Of a DNA stretch of 36,904 bases, positions 8,223 to 17,473 are shown one piece after another. The notes under the pieces were generated by a model. That model worked only from the letters and a program-made list of their open reading frames with translations. It was not told the origin of the DNA and ran no database searches. The DNA is from Candidatus Micrarchaeota archaeon (GTDB lineage: Archaea; Micrarchaeota; Micrarchaeia; Micrarchaeales; Micrarchaeaceae). A program made the translations under genes and the position numbers. The DNA lies in NCBI GenBank assembly GCA_964390895.1, contig CAYMJD010000001.1, forward strand, positions 1 through 36,904, given 5' to 3'. Positions within the stretch are counted from its first letter, which is position 1, and the number at the start of each line of letters is the position of its first letter.

Positions 8223-9409
8223 ATCGCATGCTTATAGGTATAATAGGCGCCCCAAACAAGGGGAAAAGCACCCTCTTTTCCGCGCTGACGAGCACAGAAG
8301 TGCCAATAGCGGACTATCCTTTCACTACCATAGACCCGAACAAGGGCGTATGCTATGCCACGAAAGAATGCGCAGAGAAGAAGCTCAACACGAAATGCAA
8401 TGCAAGAAACTCCCTGTGCACCAACGGCATCAGGATGCTTCCTACCAACATAATAGACGTTGCAGGGCTGGTCGAGGGCGCCCACTCGGGCAAAGGTATG
8501 GGGAACCAGTTCCTGAACGACCTGTCGGCCGCCGACGCATTTATGCTAGTTGTCGATGCAAGCGGCAGTACAGACAAGCTTGGGAACAGGGCAGAGGGCA
8601 GCGACCCGGTCGAAGACATCCGGATGGTCATCCGAGAGCTCAACCAGTGGCTGTTCGGCATAATAAAGAGGCACATGCCGACAGTATCGAAGAGCAGGGA
8701 CCCATTGGAAGCATTGGGGGGCGTGCTTAGCAGCATAAGGGCGGGCAAGGATGACATAGCCTACTGTATGGAAGAGTGCTCCATCCCCGGCGCAGCAACC
8801 GGCTGGAGCGACAGCGAGATGCTCGCATTCGCGGAATCCTTATTAAAAAAAGTGAAGCCGATCGTGATAATCGCGAACAAGGCTGACGCACCAAACGCCA
8901 AGCAGAACACCGAAAGGCTTGTGCAGGCGTTTCCCGGCATGCGCGTGTTCGAGTGCTCTGCAGCGATAGAGCTCGCCCTCTCAAGGGCAAGATCCGGCAA
9001 GCTGATAGATTACATGCCGGGAAGTACGGACCTAAAAATAACAGACGGCAGCATAAGCAGCGAGAAAAGGAAGGCCCTGGAATACATGGAAAAATACATA
9101 GGCAGCCACAGTGTCGGGACAGGGATACAGGCGGCGCTGAACTCCATAGTCTTCGACGTGCTGGACAACATAGTCGTTTACCCTGTAGAAGATGAGCACA
9201 AGTATACAGACCACTTTGGAAATGTGCTTCCAGATGCAGTGCTCCTCAAGAGAGGTTCCAGAGCATACGACCTTGCGGCGAAGATACACACAGAATTGGC
9301 ATCGAAGATGATCTACGCGATCGACGCGGTAAGAAAGATGCGGCTTGGCAAAGAGCACGTATTGAACGACAACGACGTCATAAGGATCGTGAGTGCAGCG
9401 AAGCTATGA
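8219..9409 (+). CDS. Obg-like GTPase with C-terminal TGS domain (archaeal MJ1332/PH0525-type, YchF/DRG-related)
   Basis: G1 is GAPNKGKST, followed by YPFTTIDPN (G2 region), DVAGLV (G3) and NKAD (G4). The C-terminal TGS-like segment reads VVYPVED...LLKRGSRAYDLAAKIHTELASKMIYA...VLNDNDVIRIV. The start is GTG 8219, overlapping the permease stop, or ATG 8228. Confidence 0.85.
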   Translation: MNRMLIGIIGAPNKGKSTLFSALTSTEVPIADYPFTTIDPNKGVCYATKECAEKKLNTKCNARNSLCTNGIRMLPTNIIDVAGLVEGAHSGKGMGNQFLNDLSAADAFMLVVDASGSTDKLGNRAEGSDPVEDIRMVIRELNQWLFGIIKRHMPTVSKSRDPLEALGGVLSSIRAGKDDIAYCMEECSIPGAATGWSDSEMLAFAESLLKKVKPIVIIANKADAPNAKQNTERLVQAFPGMRVFECSAAIELALSRARSGKLIDYMPGSTDLKITDGSISSEKRKALEYMEKYIGSHSVGTGIQAALNSIVFDVLDNIVVYPVEDEHKYTDHFGNVLPDAVLLKRGSRAYDLAAKIHTELASKMIYAIDAVRKMRLGKEHVLNDNDVIRIVSAAKL

Positions 9410-9439
9410 ATTTGCTTGCACTGATAAGCCACCAAAAGG

Positions 9440-9988
9440 TCAGTGCTTCCTTGCCGCCGCAAGCATTGCGAATGCAGGGGTAAGGACAAGCAGTATCGGC
9501 ACAGGTATCGCGATTAGATATACCAAGGAATAGATGCTGCCTATCTGCGACAGTACGTTGCTTTGGCCCACGTTCAGTATCAGGAATACTATGAATATTG
9601 TTATCCCATAAATGACCGCAGCGTAGCCTCCGTTGATCAGCCCTTCCTTAAGAGGGTTGCCGTCCTTGCCCGTGCTGTTGCCTAACCGCTCGCCCATCCA
9701 TATGGACACGAGGAACGGAAATATCAGAAGGCCTGGAAGGTAGACCAGGTAACTGGCCACCTTGGTTAGCGTGGCAGAGACGTCAGCCAGCCCCTGCGCC
9801 GAAAGGAGCGGCGCTGCCGCCAATTGTATTACGACAGCAAATATCAAGAACCCTATCCAGAAGACTAGCGGCCCCTTGATGCTTGCCCTGCCTGTGCTGT
9901 CCCGGACAGCCTCCCTCCTCTCGGCCCTCTCTGTATTTGAATAAACTGTTGCCAAACGATCTACCGAACCCTCAAGGGACATTTTCAA
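9440..9988 (-). CDS. hypothetical integral membrane protein (about 4 TM segments)
   Basis: A 182-aa ORF with four long hydrophobic stretches (LVFWIGFLIFAVVIQLAAAPLL, SYLVYLPGLLIFPFLVSIW, AAVIYGITIFIVFLILNV, LVYLIAIPVPILLVLTPAFAMLAA). No family motif recognised. Confidence 0.55.
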   Translation of the reverse strand: MKMSLEGSVDRLATVYSNTERAERREAVRDSTGRASIKGPLVFWIGFLIFAVVIQLAAAPLLSAQGLADVSATLTKVASYLVYLPGLLIFPFLVSIWMGERLGNSTGKDGNPLKEGLINGGYAAVIYGITIFIVFLILNVGQSNVLSQIGSIYSLVYLIAIPVPILLVLTPAFAMLAAARKH

Positions 9989-10035
9989 CGGAAAATCTAT
10001 ATACCTTCTTTTTTATTATAGTATCGAGTGAATAG

Positions 10036-10191
10036 ATGGGAACACTGTATTCGCCGCAATCCCAGGCAGGGGTCATGAGCTTCTACGATGCTCCATCGAA
10101 AGGCCCGAAGATAAACCCCAAAGTAATTGTAATAGCCGTGCTGGTTTTTGCGATAGTTATAATCATAGCTGATAAGTTCATCACCCTATGA
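10036..10191 (+). CDS. secG: preprotein translocase subunit Sec61-beta / archaeal SecG
   Basis: A 51-aa ORF, too short for the supplied track: MGTLYSPQSQAGVMSFYDAPSKGPKINPKVIVIAVLVFAIVIIIADKFITL. It shows the conserved archaeal Sec61-beta pattern AG(L/V)xx(Y/F)(Y/F)D/E...(I/K)xxPKxV followed by a single C-terminal TM anchor. Confidence 0.75.
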   Translation: MGTLYSPQSQAGVMSFYDAPSKGPKINPKVIVIAVLVFAIVIIIADKFITL

Positions 10192-10199
10192 TCATCAAT

Positions 10200-11039
10200 T
10201 CAGGCGCTCTTGAACACGTCCCTTCTTACTTCCAGGACCGTGCCGCTCTCGGCAAGCAGGTATAATACCGTGCGCATCGCGTCCTCTTCCGCATTGAGCG
10301 CCTTAGATACGTCGCTCACATGCATGCCTCTTCTCTCTATGAGCTTCAGTATCGCTGCCGTGTTCTCGACCACAAAGCGCTTCAGTGCCACGTAAAACTT
10401 CTTGTTGAAGGCCCTTGTGCCCACCACAAGCCCCTGGCGTATGCTCTCCTCAAGCAGCGAAGAGAGCTGCGATGCCTCTGACTCGTTCTGGCAGACCACG
10501 TAACCTTTGGACTCTAGCTCTTCAGCGTACTTGTTGTGCTCCTTGAGCTTTACCTCCCAAAGCTTCTGCGGGGCCGTGTGTTCAATAAGCTTCGCGTTGA
10601 GGTCGCGCTTCCCGAAAAGGAACGCGTCGTATACGTTCTTCGGTATGCTTACCCTATCGTCCTTGTCGCCTTCCTTCCTAAAAAGCTTGACAGCCTTCTT
10701 CTTAAGGAGCGCCTTGAGTACTGACGTCTCGCCATGGTCCAGCAGCTTTCTGACGTTCTCCTTCGTCCTGTCGGCGTAGCGTAGCGTGTCGAGCTTTTTC
10801 AACACAGAGATCTCGTCAGCGGTCAGTTCCATTCCCTGTTTCCGCGGAGCAGCCGCAGCCGCCTCAATTTTAGAGCCGGTTATGGCGTTCACTATGTCGC
10901 TCTTCTTCGCGAAAAGGAAGTACTTGTCAGAGTACTTGAAGAAGTCCACCTCCTCGCCATCCGTTATGTCCAATGCTTCCACGACCTCGAAAGGGATGTT
11001 GACGGAGAGCTTGTTGCCCTTCTTGTACACTTTGGACAT
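10200..11039 (-). CDS. hypothetical protein, possible DNA-binding (AbrB/SpoVT-like N-terminus, winged-helix-like C-terminus)
   Basis: I shortened the track ORF 10200..11231 to the internal ATG at 11039 (MSKVYKKGNKLSVNIPFEVVEALDITDGEEVDFF...). The 64-aa extension overlaps the argS start and looks non-coding. The functional call is weak. Confidence 0.5.
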   Translation of the reverse strand: MSKVYKKGNKLSVNIPFEVVEALDITDGEEVDFFKYSDKYFLFAKKSDIVNAITGSKIEAAAAAPRKQGMELTADEISVLKKLDTLRYADRTKENVRKLLDHGETSVLKALLKKKAVKLFRKEGDKDDRVSIPKNVYDAFLFGKRDLNAKLIEHTAPQKLWEVKLKEHNKYAEELESKGYVVCQNESEASQLSSLLEESIRQGLVVGTRAFNKKFYVALKRFVVENTAAILKLIERRGMHVSDVSKALNAEEDAMRTVLYLLAESGTVLEVRRDVFKSA

Positions 11040-11153
11040 GAGACCACCACATTTTTTAATTGTTTTAGGGTATTTATGAAATAGAAAGCTTAAAAGGTTT
11101 TTCAACAGTGCCCTTAAAGCGATGTTAGAAGCATTGTCAAGAGGTAACAGAGC

Positions 11154-13028
11154 ATGCAGGACAACTACCAAAAGACCATCGACGAAATCGAAGCTTCGGT
11201 AAAGGAAGCAATGCAAGCCAACGGCTTCCACGAGATAAGCCTCGAAAACGAGTTCACCATGTCGGAATTGGCAGCCAGGGGGGACATATCGACGGGCGTA
11301 TCCTTTAAGGTAGGGAAGCTCGAGGAGAGGAGCCCGAAGGAGATCGCCGGACTGCTCGCAGGCAGCATAAAAAGGCCGGAATGCGTAGAGTCAGTAAGTG
11401 CAGAGAACGGCTTCATAAACTTCAGGCTTGACAGAGGGCGCTTCTGGGACGGGAGCGTGGCCGAGCTCATCGGCTTGCGCAACAGAACGAAATCCGATAT
11501 CGGAAAAGGCAAGCGCGCCATAATAGAGTACCCGAGCGTCAACCCCAACAAGCCGTGGCACATCGGCCATGTCAGAAACGCGCTCATAGGGGACACGATC
11601 TCCAACCTCTACGAAAGCTGCGGCTACTCTGTAGAGAGGGAGAACCTCATAAACGACATGGGGCTGCAAGTTGCCGAGACTGTGTGGGGCTGCATCCACA
11701 TAAAGGAATCGCCCAACAAGAAATACGACCACTGGCTAGGCGAACTTTACGTCAAGGTCAACAAACTTATGGAGGGGCGCGACCTCAAGGAAGAGCTCTC
11801 GCAGATGCTCTCGCTGATAGAGCAGGACGGCACATACGAGTCAAAGATAGAGAGAAAAATGGCAGAGAAATGCGTGGCAGCGCAATACGAGACAGCCTTC
11901 AACTACAGGATATACCAAGATTTGCTGGTCTGGGAGAGCGACATAGTGAGGGCGAGGCTGCTCGAAAAGGCGCTAAAGCTGCTGGAGGACAAAAAGGCCA
12001 TAACCAGGGAAAAGGAAGGCAAATACGCTGGCTGCACGATAATAAACTTCACAAACGTCACTGCGCTTCCTGAGAATTTCAAGGGCCTTAAGGAGACGGT
12101 CAAGGTCCTCATAAGGGCCAACGGAACAGCCACGTACGCTGCCAAGGACATCGCCTTCCACATGTGGAAGTTCGGGATGATAGAAGATCCGTTCACGTAC
12201 TCGCAGTTCATAGAGAAGCAGCCCAACGGCAGGGCGCTCTCCACGACTTCTGCCCAAGGCAGGAGATTGGCGCACGGGGAATTTATGCGCGCGATCAACG
12301 TCATAGACGCAAGCCAGTCATACGAGCAAGAAGTAGTGAAATTGGCGTTCCTTTTGCTGGGAAGGGAGGACATAGCGGGCAACATAAGGCATCTTGCGTA
12401 CAATGTCGTGGAACTCGAGAGCGGCTCCTTTTCAGGAAGAAAGGGCACATGGGTGGGATACAGCGCAGACGACCTGTTCGAGGAAGCGAAAGGCAAGGCG
12501 CAGAAGCTCATAACAGAGAGGCTGAAGCTCGACGAATCTGAAAAGGCGAAGGTGGCGGAGAGCGTCGCATTGGCTTCCATAAAGTTCGAGTTCCTGAGGA
12601 TATCGCCAGAGAGGAAGATAGTGTTCTCTTGGGAGAGGGCGCTGAACTTCGAGGGGATATCGGGGCCGTACTGCCAGTACATGCACGCGAGGGCATCGCG
12701 CATAACCGAGAGCGCATCTGCACAGGGCAGGCTGCCCTCCGGTACGCACCCCTCTTCCGTTACCGACGAGGAATTCAGGCTCGTCAAGCAGCTCTCAAGG
12801 CACGCCCACATAACAGAGAAGGCCTGCAGGGAGGAGCGCACGAATGTTATCACTGACTATTGCGGGGAGCTCGCCTCTGCGTTCAGCAGCTTCTACGAAA
12901 AGGTCCCCGTGCTGAAAGCGGCATCCAAAGAAGACATTGAATCAAGGGTTGGGCTGGTCAGCGCATTCAAGGACACCCTGCAGTCTATGCTGGCCCTGCT
13001 AGGCATAGACGCGCCAGAGAAAATGTGA
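11154..13028 (+). CDS. argS: arginyl-tRNA synthetase
   Basis: The class I HIGH motif sits in PNKPWHIGHVRNALIGD. Length (624 aa) and the C-terminal anticodon-binding (DALR-like) region ending in ...M are typical of ArgRS. Confidence 0.9.
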   Translation: MQDNYQKTIDEIEASVKEAMQANGFHEISLENEFTMSELAARGDISTGVSFKVGKLEERSPKEIAGLLAGSIKRPECVESVSAENGFINFRLDRGRFWDGSVAELIGLRNRTKSDIGKGKRAIIEYPSVNPNKPWHIGHVRNALIGDTISNLYESCGYSVERENLINDMGLQVAETVWGCIHIKESPNKKYDHWLGELYVKVNKLMEGRDLKEELSQMLSLIEQDGTYESKIERKMAEKCVAAQYETAFNYRIYQDLLVWESDIVRARLLEKALKLLEDKKAITREKEGKYAGCTIINFTNVTALPENFKGLKETVKVLIRANGTATYAAKDIAFHMWKFGMIEDPFTYSQFIEKQPNGRALSTTSAQGRRLAHGEFMRAINVIDASQSYEQEVVKLAFLLLGREDIAGNIRHLAYNVVELESGSFSGRKGTWVGYSADDLFEEAKGKAQKLITERLKLDESEKAKVAESVALASIKFEFLRISPERKIVFSWERALNFEGISGPYCQYMHARASRITESASAQGRLPSGTHPSSVTDEEFRLVKQLSRHAHITEKACREERTNVITDYCGELASAFSSFYEKVPVLKAASKEDIESRVGLVSAFKDTLQSMLALLGIDAPEKM

Positions 13029-13032
13029 TTGA

Positions 13033-13413
13033 TTGAAGAGATACGTCAAGGGAGCGAGGAGCGAAAGGGAACTGCTTGCGATGCTGCAAAGCAGGGGATA
13101 CTCTGTCATGAGGGCAGCCGGAAGCGGCGTGAGCTCTGTCGCCCCTGACATAATAGCGATAAAAGACGGAAAAGGGCTCGCGTTCGAGTGCAAGGCCTGG
13201 CAGTCTAACCTCTCCATAGAAAAGGAGAAGGTATCCATGCTTAAGGGTTGGAGGGACAATACACGCATGCAGACTATGATCGCATGGAGGGTGAACGGGA
13301 AAGGCTGGCTCTTCATAAGCCTCGACGAGCTTTCAGAGACAGGCAAGAACTTCACGGTGACCATGAAGCGGGCGGGCCAGATAGGCAGGAAAATAGAGCA
13401 CATCCTTTATTGA
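13033..13413 (+). CDS. hjc: Holliday junction resolvase Hjc
   Basis: KGARSERELLAMLQSRGYSVMRAAGSG...PDIIAIKDGKGLAFECKAW matches the archaeal Hjc nuclease motif (E...D...E-x-K). An apparent TTG start lies 4 nt after the argS stop. Confidence 0.85.
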   Translation: MKRYVKGARSERELLAMLQSRGYSVMRAAGSGVSSVAPDIIAIKDGKGLAFECKAWQSNLSIEKEKVSMLKGWRDNTRMQTMIAWRVNGKGWLFISLDELSETGKNFTVTMKRAGQIGRKIEHILY

Positions 13414-13499
13414 ACGCGCGTCAAAATAAGCATAAATAATATCTTGTCTATAACTACTTTCGAAGTAGATTGTCACGAGTTATGCTAAAAGAGGATTAT

Positions 13500-14063
13500 A
13501 TGGCTGAAAAAACACTCGTATTGGTGAAACCCGACGGGGTGCAGAGGGCAATAATAGGAAGAATAATCACAACATTCGAAGATGCCGGGATGAAAGTTGT
13601 TGCGCTTAAGATGGTGCATCCCGCAAAAGAGCTGGTAAGCAGGCATTACGCCGCTGACAACGAATGGATGGAAAGCGTCGGGAGGAAGACGATAGCCTCT
13701 TTCAAGGCCAAGGGGGCCGAAATGGGCGAGAGCCCCCTGCAGATAGGCGAGCGCATCCGCGGATGGCTCCTAGAGTATCTGACCGAGGCGCCTGTGGTAG
13801 CGATGGTTGTGGAGGGCAATGAGGCGATATCGATGGTAAGGAAGTTTGCAGGTGCGACCTCACCCGCAAGCGCTGACCCTTCCACCATACGCGGCAGGTA
13901 TTCCACTGATTCTTACCAGAACGCAGATCCCAAGGGCAGGCCGGTAAGGAACATAATCCACGCTTCAGAGGACAAGAAGAGCGCCGACCGCGAAATAGCC
14001 ATATGGTTCAAGCATAATGAGATAATGGATTACAAGCGCGCAGACGAAGCCTCGCTGGGCTGA
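13500..14063 (+). CDS. ndk: nucleoside diphosphate kinase (variant with internal insertion)
   Basis: TLVLVKPDGVQRAIIGRIITTFEDAGMKVVALKM, PVVAMVVEGNEAISMVRKFAGATSP, PSTIRGRY and NIIHASED (catalytic His) match NDK. I chose ATG 13500 because of the upstream AGAGGA; the track ORF starts at TTG 13470. Confidence 0.85.
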   Translation: MAEKTLVLVKPDGVQRAIIGRIITTFEDAGMKVVALKMVHPAKELVSRHYAADNEWMESVGRKTIASFKAKGAEMGESPLQIGERIRGWLLEYLTEAPVVAMVVEGNEAISMVRKFAGATSPASADPSTIRGRYSTDSYQNADPKGRPVRNIIHASEDKKSADREIAIWFKHNEIMDYKRADEASLG

Positions 14064-14075
14064 AGCATATCTGAT

Positions 14076-14369
14076 TCAGTTGGTGTACCTGAGCTCGTCG
14101 CTCATCATGTCGGGGTTCCACAAGGGGTCCCAGACAAGGTCTATATCCACCTTTCCTATTCCCTCTATCGCCTCGAGCCTAAGCTGCACGTCCGCAAGTA
14201 TTATGCTTGTGACAGGGCACATCGGAGAAGTCATTGTTATGGTTATCTTGACGTCCTTGTCGCTGCTTACACCTATCCCATAAATAAGCCCTATGTCGAC
14301 TATGTTCGCGTCGAGCTCTGGGTCCTTGCACTGCATCAGCGCAGCCACGACGTCTTTGACAGCCACCAT
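14076..14369 (-). CDS. DUF59/MIP18-family Fe-S cluster assembly protein (SufT/PaaD-like)
   Basis: A 97-aa protein with DPELDANIVDIGLIY...ITMTSPMCPV (conserved Cys), the typical DUF59 signature. Confidence 0.8.
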   Translation of the reverse strand: MVAVKDVVAALMQCKDPELDANIVDIGLIYGIGVSSDKDVKITITMTSPMCPVTSIILADVQLRLEAIEGIGKVDIDLVWDPLWNPDMMSDELRYTN

Positions 14370-14517
14370 GATACCAGCTTTCTTTTAAACGATTTAAATG
14401 TTGTTGCTGATATCCTGTAAGCAGCTAAAAGTTGGGCAATCATTGCCGCAAGACAAAAACGCTTAAAGAAGCACTTTCCAATAATATATGGCAATCAAAG
14501 CCAATGCTTCGTAAATT

Positions 14518-16275
14518 GTGTTGAAAATGATACGCCAACCCATCATATGCGTAATGGGGCATGTCGACCACGGAAAGACGGCCATACTCGACAGGATAAG
14601 AAATACCACGATAGCCTCGAAGGAAGCCGGAGGCATAACCCAGCACATAGGCGCGAGCGAGGTTCCTATAGACATCATCGAAAAGATATGCGGCCCCATG
14701 CTCAAGGCGACGAATTCGAAGATGGTCATTCCCGGACTTCTTTTCATAGACACTCCTGGGCACGAGGCGTTCACCAACCTTAGGAGGAGGGGGGGCAGCG
14801 CGGCAGACATGGCGATACTGGTTGTCGATGTTTCGAAGGGCTTCGAACCGCAGACGATAGAGGCTGTTGAGATCCTGAAGGAATACAAGACCCCCTTCGT
14901 TGTGGCGGCGAACAAGGCGGACCTCATAACAGGGTGGCATGACGAGCATACCAACAGCATCGCGGAATCGCTCAAGAAACAGAGTGATTACGTTGTCAAT
15001 GAGCTCAATAACAGGCTGTTTGGCATAATAGGGAAAATGAGCGAGCTCGGATTCTCCAGCGACGATTTCAGGAGCGTGAAGGACTTCCAGAGGGAGATAG
15101 CGATAATACCAATAAGCGCGAAGACTGGCGAAGGGATAGCGGAGCTGCTGATGCTCGTTTCAGGGCTCTCGCAGAAATACCTGGAGATGCGGCTCAACAT
15201 AGAGGTTAAAGGGCCTGGAAAGGGGAGCATACTGGAGAAGCGCGAGTTGAAGGGGCTGGGCACGACCATAGACGTCATCCTCTATGAAGGGTCGCTGCGC
15301 ATAAACGACACCATAGCCTTCGCGACAGCATCCTCGATAGCCACGGCGAAGATAAAGGCACTCCTGAAGCCCAAGCCCCTGCACGAGATAAGGGAATCTT
15401 CGAGCAAGTTCTTTTATGTGGATTCGGTCAGCGCTGCGTGCGGCGTCAAGATAAGCGGCAACGGGCTCGAGGATGCGCTTCCCGGATCGCCATTGATACA
15501 GGTGACAGATTCAGACTACGCCAACGAGATAAAGGCAGAGATGAGCGACGTGTTCGGAGTAGACAAGACAGGGATAGTGCTGAAGGCAGACTCGATAGGG
15601 AGCATAGAGGCCCTCTCTAAGCTGTTGAAGGCCAGTAGCTTCTGCATAAGCAAGAAGGGGCTTGGTGCTGTTACAAAGCGCGACGTGCTCGAAGCCTTCT
15701 CAATGAAGGCGGTGGATCCAGAGGGCAGCGTCATACTCGCATTCAATGTCCCTGTAGAAAGCGACGCAGGCGAGACAGCCCTTGCGTGCGGCATAAAAAT
15801 AATGAAGGGCAACATAATCTATAGGCTCATAGACGATTACAGGGAATTTCTAGAAAGCATGCACAGGTCCACCAAGGAGAGCCTGGAGAAGGAGCTAGAA
15901 TTCCCAGGCGCAATCGAGATATTGCCCAACTCGTGCTTCAGGGTTTCGCATCCCGCGATCTTCGGCGTTTCCGTAGAAGCAGGCAGGATAAAGCCTGGAT
16001 CTGTATTGATGAACGGGGAAGGCGCGGTCATAGGAAAAATAAAAGGCATACAGAACGACAAACACGCCGTCGAAGTGGCTAAGAAGGGAGAAAACGTAGC
16101 GATTTCAATGGAAGGGGTCACGTTCGGTAGGCAGATAAGGGAGAAACAGCTCCTTTATACGAGGGTGAGGGACAGCGACGAGAAGGCCCTTGTGGGGTGC
16201 GGGCTGCTCGACAACGAGGAGCTGGCCCTCCTGAGCAAGCTCATTGAAATAAAGGCGAAGGGGAGGCAGCAGTAG
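14518..16275 (+). CDS. infB: translation initiation factor aIF5B (IF-2 homologue)
   Basis: IRQPIICVMGHVDHGKTAILDRIR (G1), DTPGHEAF (G3) and NKAD (G4) are followed by beta-barrel domains, and the 585-aa length is typical of aIF5B. The start is GTG 14518 or ATG 14527. No intein. Confidence 0.92.
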   Translation: MLKMIRQPIICVMGHVDHGKTAILDRIRNTTIASKEAGGITQHIGASEVPIDIIEKICGPMLKATNSKMVIPGLLFIDTPGHEAFTNLRRRGGSAADMAILVVDVSKGFEPQTIEAVEILKEYKTPFVVAANKADLITGWHDEHTNSIAESLKKQSDYVVNELNNRLFGIIGKMSELGFSSDDFRSVKDFQREIAIIPISAKTGEGIAELLMLVSGLSQKYLEMRLNIEVKGPGKGSILEKRELKGLGTTIDVILYEGSLRINDTIAFATASSIATAKIKALLKPKPLHEIRESSSKFFYVDSVSAACGVKISGNGLEDALPGSPLIQVTDSDYANEIKAEMSDVFGVDKTGIVLKADSIGSIEALSKLLKASSFCISKKGLGAVTKRDVLEAFSMKAVDPEGSVILAFNVPVESDAGETALACGIKIMKGNIIYRLIDDYREFLESMHRSTKESLEKELEFPGAIEILPNSCFRVSHPAIFGVSVEAGRIKPGSVLMNGEGAVIGKIKGIQNDKHAVEVAKKGENVAISMEGVTFGRQIREKQLLYTRVRDSDEKALVGCGLLDNEELALLSKLIEIKAKGRQQ

Positions 16276-16292
16276 TGCGGCGCAAGGCTGTG

Positions 16293-16877
16293 CTATTCTA
16301 ATACTGTTATCTGGTTATCCTCGCGTTCCTCTCTAAGCACCGAAAACAGGAGGTTGTTCTCAAAACGGTCCTTGTGGAATACGTCCTGCCTTAAAACACC
16401 CTCTCTCTTGAAACCAAGTTTCTCCAGCAGTGCGCTCGAGCCTGTATTGAATAGGAACGTGATTGCATATACCCTATTCATGCCCAATTTCTGGAAAGCG
16501 AATTCGACAAGCAGCCCGACCGCCCCGAAAGCATAACCCTTTTTCTGATAATCCCTCCCAATCCAGTAACCTATCTCGCATCTCCTGTTTTTGTAGTTGA
16601 CGCTATTTAATCCGCAAGCGCCGGCAAGTTCATCTGTATCCTTTAGGCATATGCCGAAAGTGAATCCGGTTTTGTCGGCACACGCGATTTCTGCACGGCT
16701 TATGAAGTCTACGGCATCCTCTCTTGTGTACGGGTTCGGGAAGCTACCCCATTCAGATATGTTGTACGCAATGTCGTAATCATTGGCCAGCTTGGCAATC
16801 CTCTCTGCATCAGTTAGAAGGAGGCTGCGCAGATATACCCTTGCCATCCCTGATTTTACGATCATCGAAGCACTCAA
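16293..16877 (-). CDS. GNAT-family N-acetyltransferase (RimJ/RimL-like)
   Basis: LRSLLLTDAERIAKLAND...EIGYWIGRDYQKKGYAFGAVGLLVEFAF..LGMNRVYA...N..S.ALLEKLGFKREGVLR is the typical Acetyltransf_3/RimJ pattern. A 4-nt ATGA-type overlap links it to the upstream DUF655 gene. Confidence 0.8.
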   Translation of the reverse strand: MSASMIVKSGMARVYLRSLLLTDAERIAKLANDYDIAYNISEWGSFPNPYTREDAVDFISRAEIACADKTGFTFGICLKDTDELAGACGLNSVNYKNRRCEIGYWIGRDYQKKGYAFGAVGLLVEFAFQKLGMNRVYAITFLFNTGSSALLEKLGFKREGVLRQDVFHKDRFENNLLFSVLREEREDNQITVLE

Positions 16878-17473
16878 TACCTCTGCGGCCTCTCGAAATA
16901 AGGCTTCACGAACAGGTAGAAGCGCTCGGATCCCTGCAGCTCTATGACGACCCGCTCCGCGATCAGCTTCTCAGGATCCTGCATCAGGGCGACGCGCTTC
17001 GCTATGTCTGCGAAGCTCTCGAAGCGCTTGGTTGACCTCTCCTTTAGTATCGTGGTCAGGTGCTTCTTGCCTACCCCTGGAAGCAGCTCGAGCGAGTGCT
17101 CCCTTATGTTGAGCGCCCCTGCGTCGTTGAATACGTCCACGAAGCGCTTCTCGTTCGTTTTTATTATGTTGTATATCACGTTGTTTAGCTCGTTCTTCGA
17201 GGTCTGCGTCAGCGCCGCGTAGCTTATCCTGAACTTTATAAGCGAAACCTTGTCGCGCTCCCCGCTCCCTATGTAGACCCGTTCGCCCACGGAAAGCGAG
17301 CTCCCTGGTTTGGTGGTGGCTTCCAAGAGCGTGAACCACCTTTCTCCTATAAGCTGCGCTATCGGCTCCGACCTTGTCGAAGAGGACTTGCCGCTGAACA
17401 TAAAGTCAAGAACGTATGCGTATTCCTCCTTTTTCTCTTCCTGCATATACCCCACCCCCAAATGAAAAATCAA
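16874..17473 (-). CDS. DUF655/COG1491 OB-fold plus helix-hairpin-helix nucleic-acid-binding protein
   Basis: EEYAYVLDFM...IAQLIGERWFTLLEA...GERVYIG...FVDVFNDAGALNIREHSLELLPGVGKKHLTTILKER matches the archaeal DUF655 family. It sits immediately downstream of rpoF, as in many archaea. Confidence 0.75.
   Translation of the reverse strand: MIFHLGVGYMQEEKKEEYAYVLDFMFSGKSSSTRSEPIAQLIGERWFTLLEATTKPGSSLSVGERVYIGSGERDKVSLIKFRISYAALTQTSKNELNNVIYNIIKTNEKRFVDVFNDAGALNIREHSLELLPGVGKKHLTTILKERSTKRFESFADIAKRVALMQDPEKLIAERVVIELQGSERFYLFVKPYFERPQRY

Noticed and set aside
11040-11231. N-terminal 64-aa extension of ORF 10200..11231
   Set aside because: It would overlap the argS start and the shared promoter region. 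Its sequence (Cys/Phe/Leu-rich) is unlike the rest of the protein, and the internal ATG at 11039 gives an AbrB-like N-terminus.
11903-12853. 316-aa minus-strand ORF antisense to argS
   Set aside because: It lies completely inside the well-supported ArgRS gene. The product is Ser/Leu/Ala-rich low-complexity sequence, typical of an antisense shadow frame.
14440-14975. Two minus-strand ORFs of about 170 aa overlapping the 5' end of aIF5B
   Set aside because: They overlap the GTPase domain of aIF5B, whose G1-G4 motifs are unambiguous. They have no motifs of their own.
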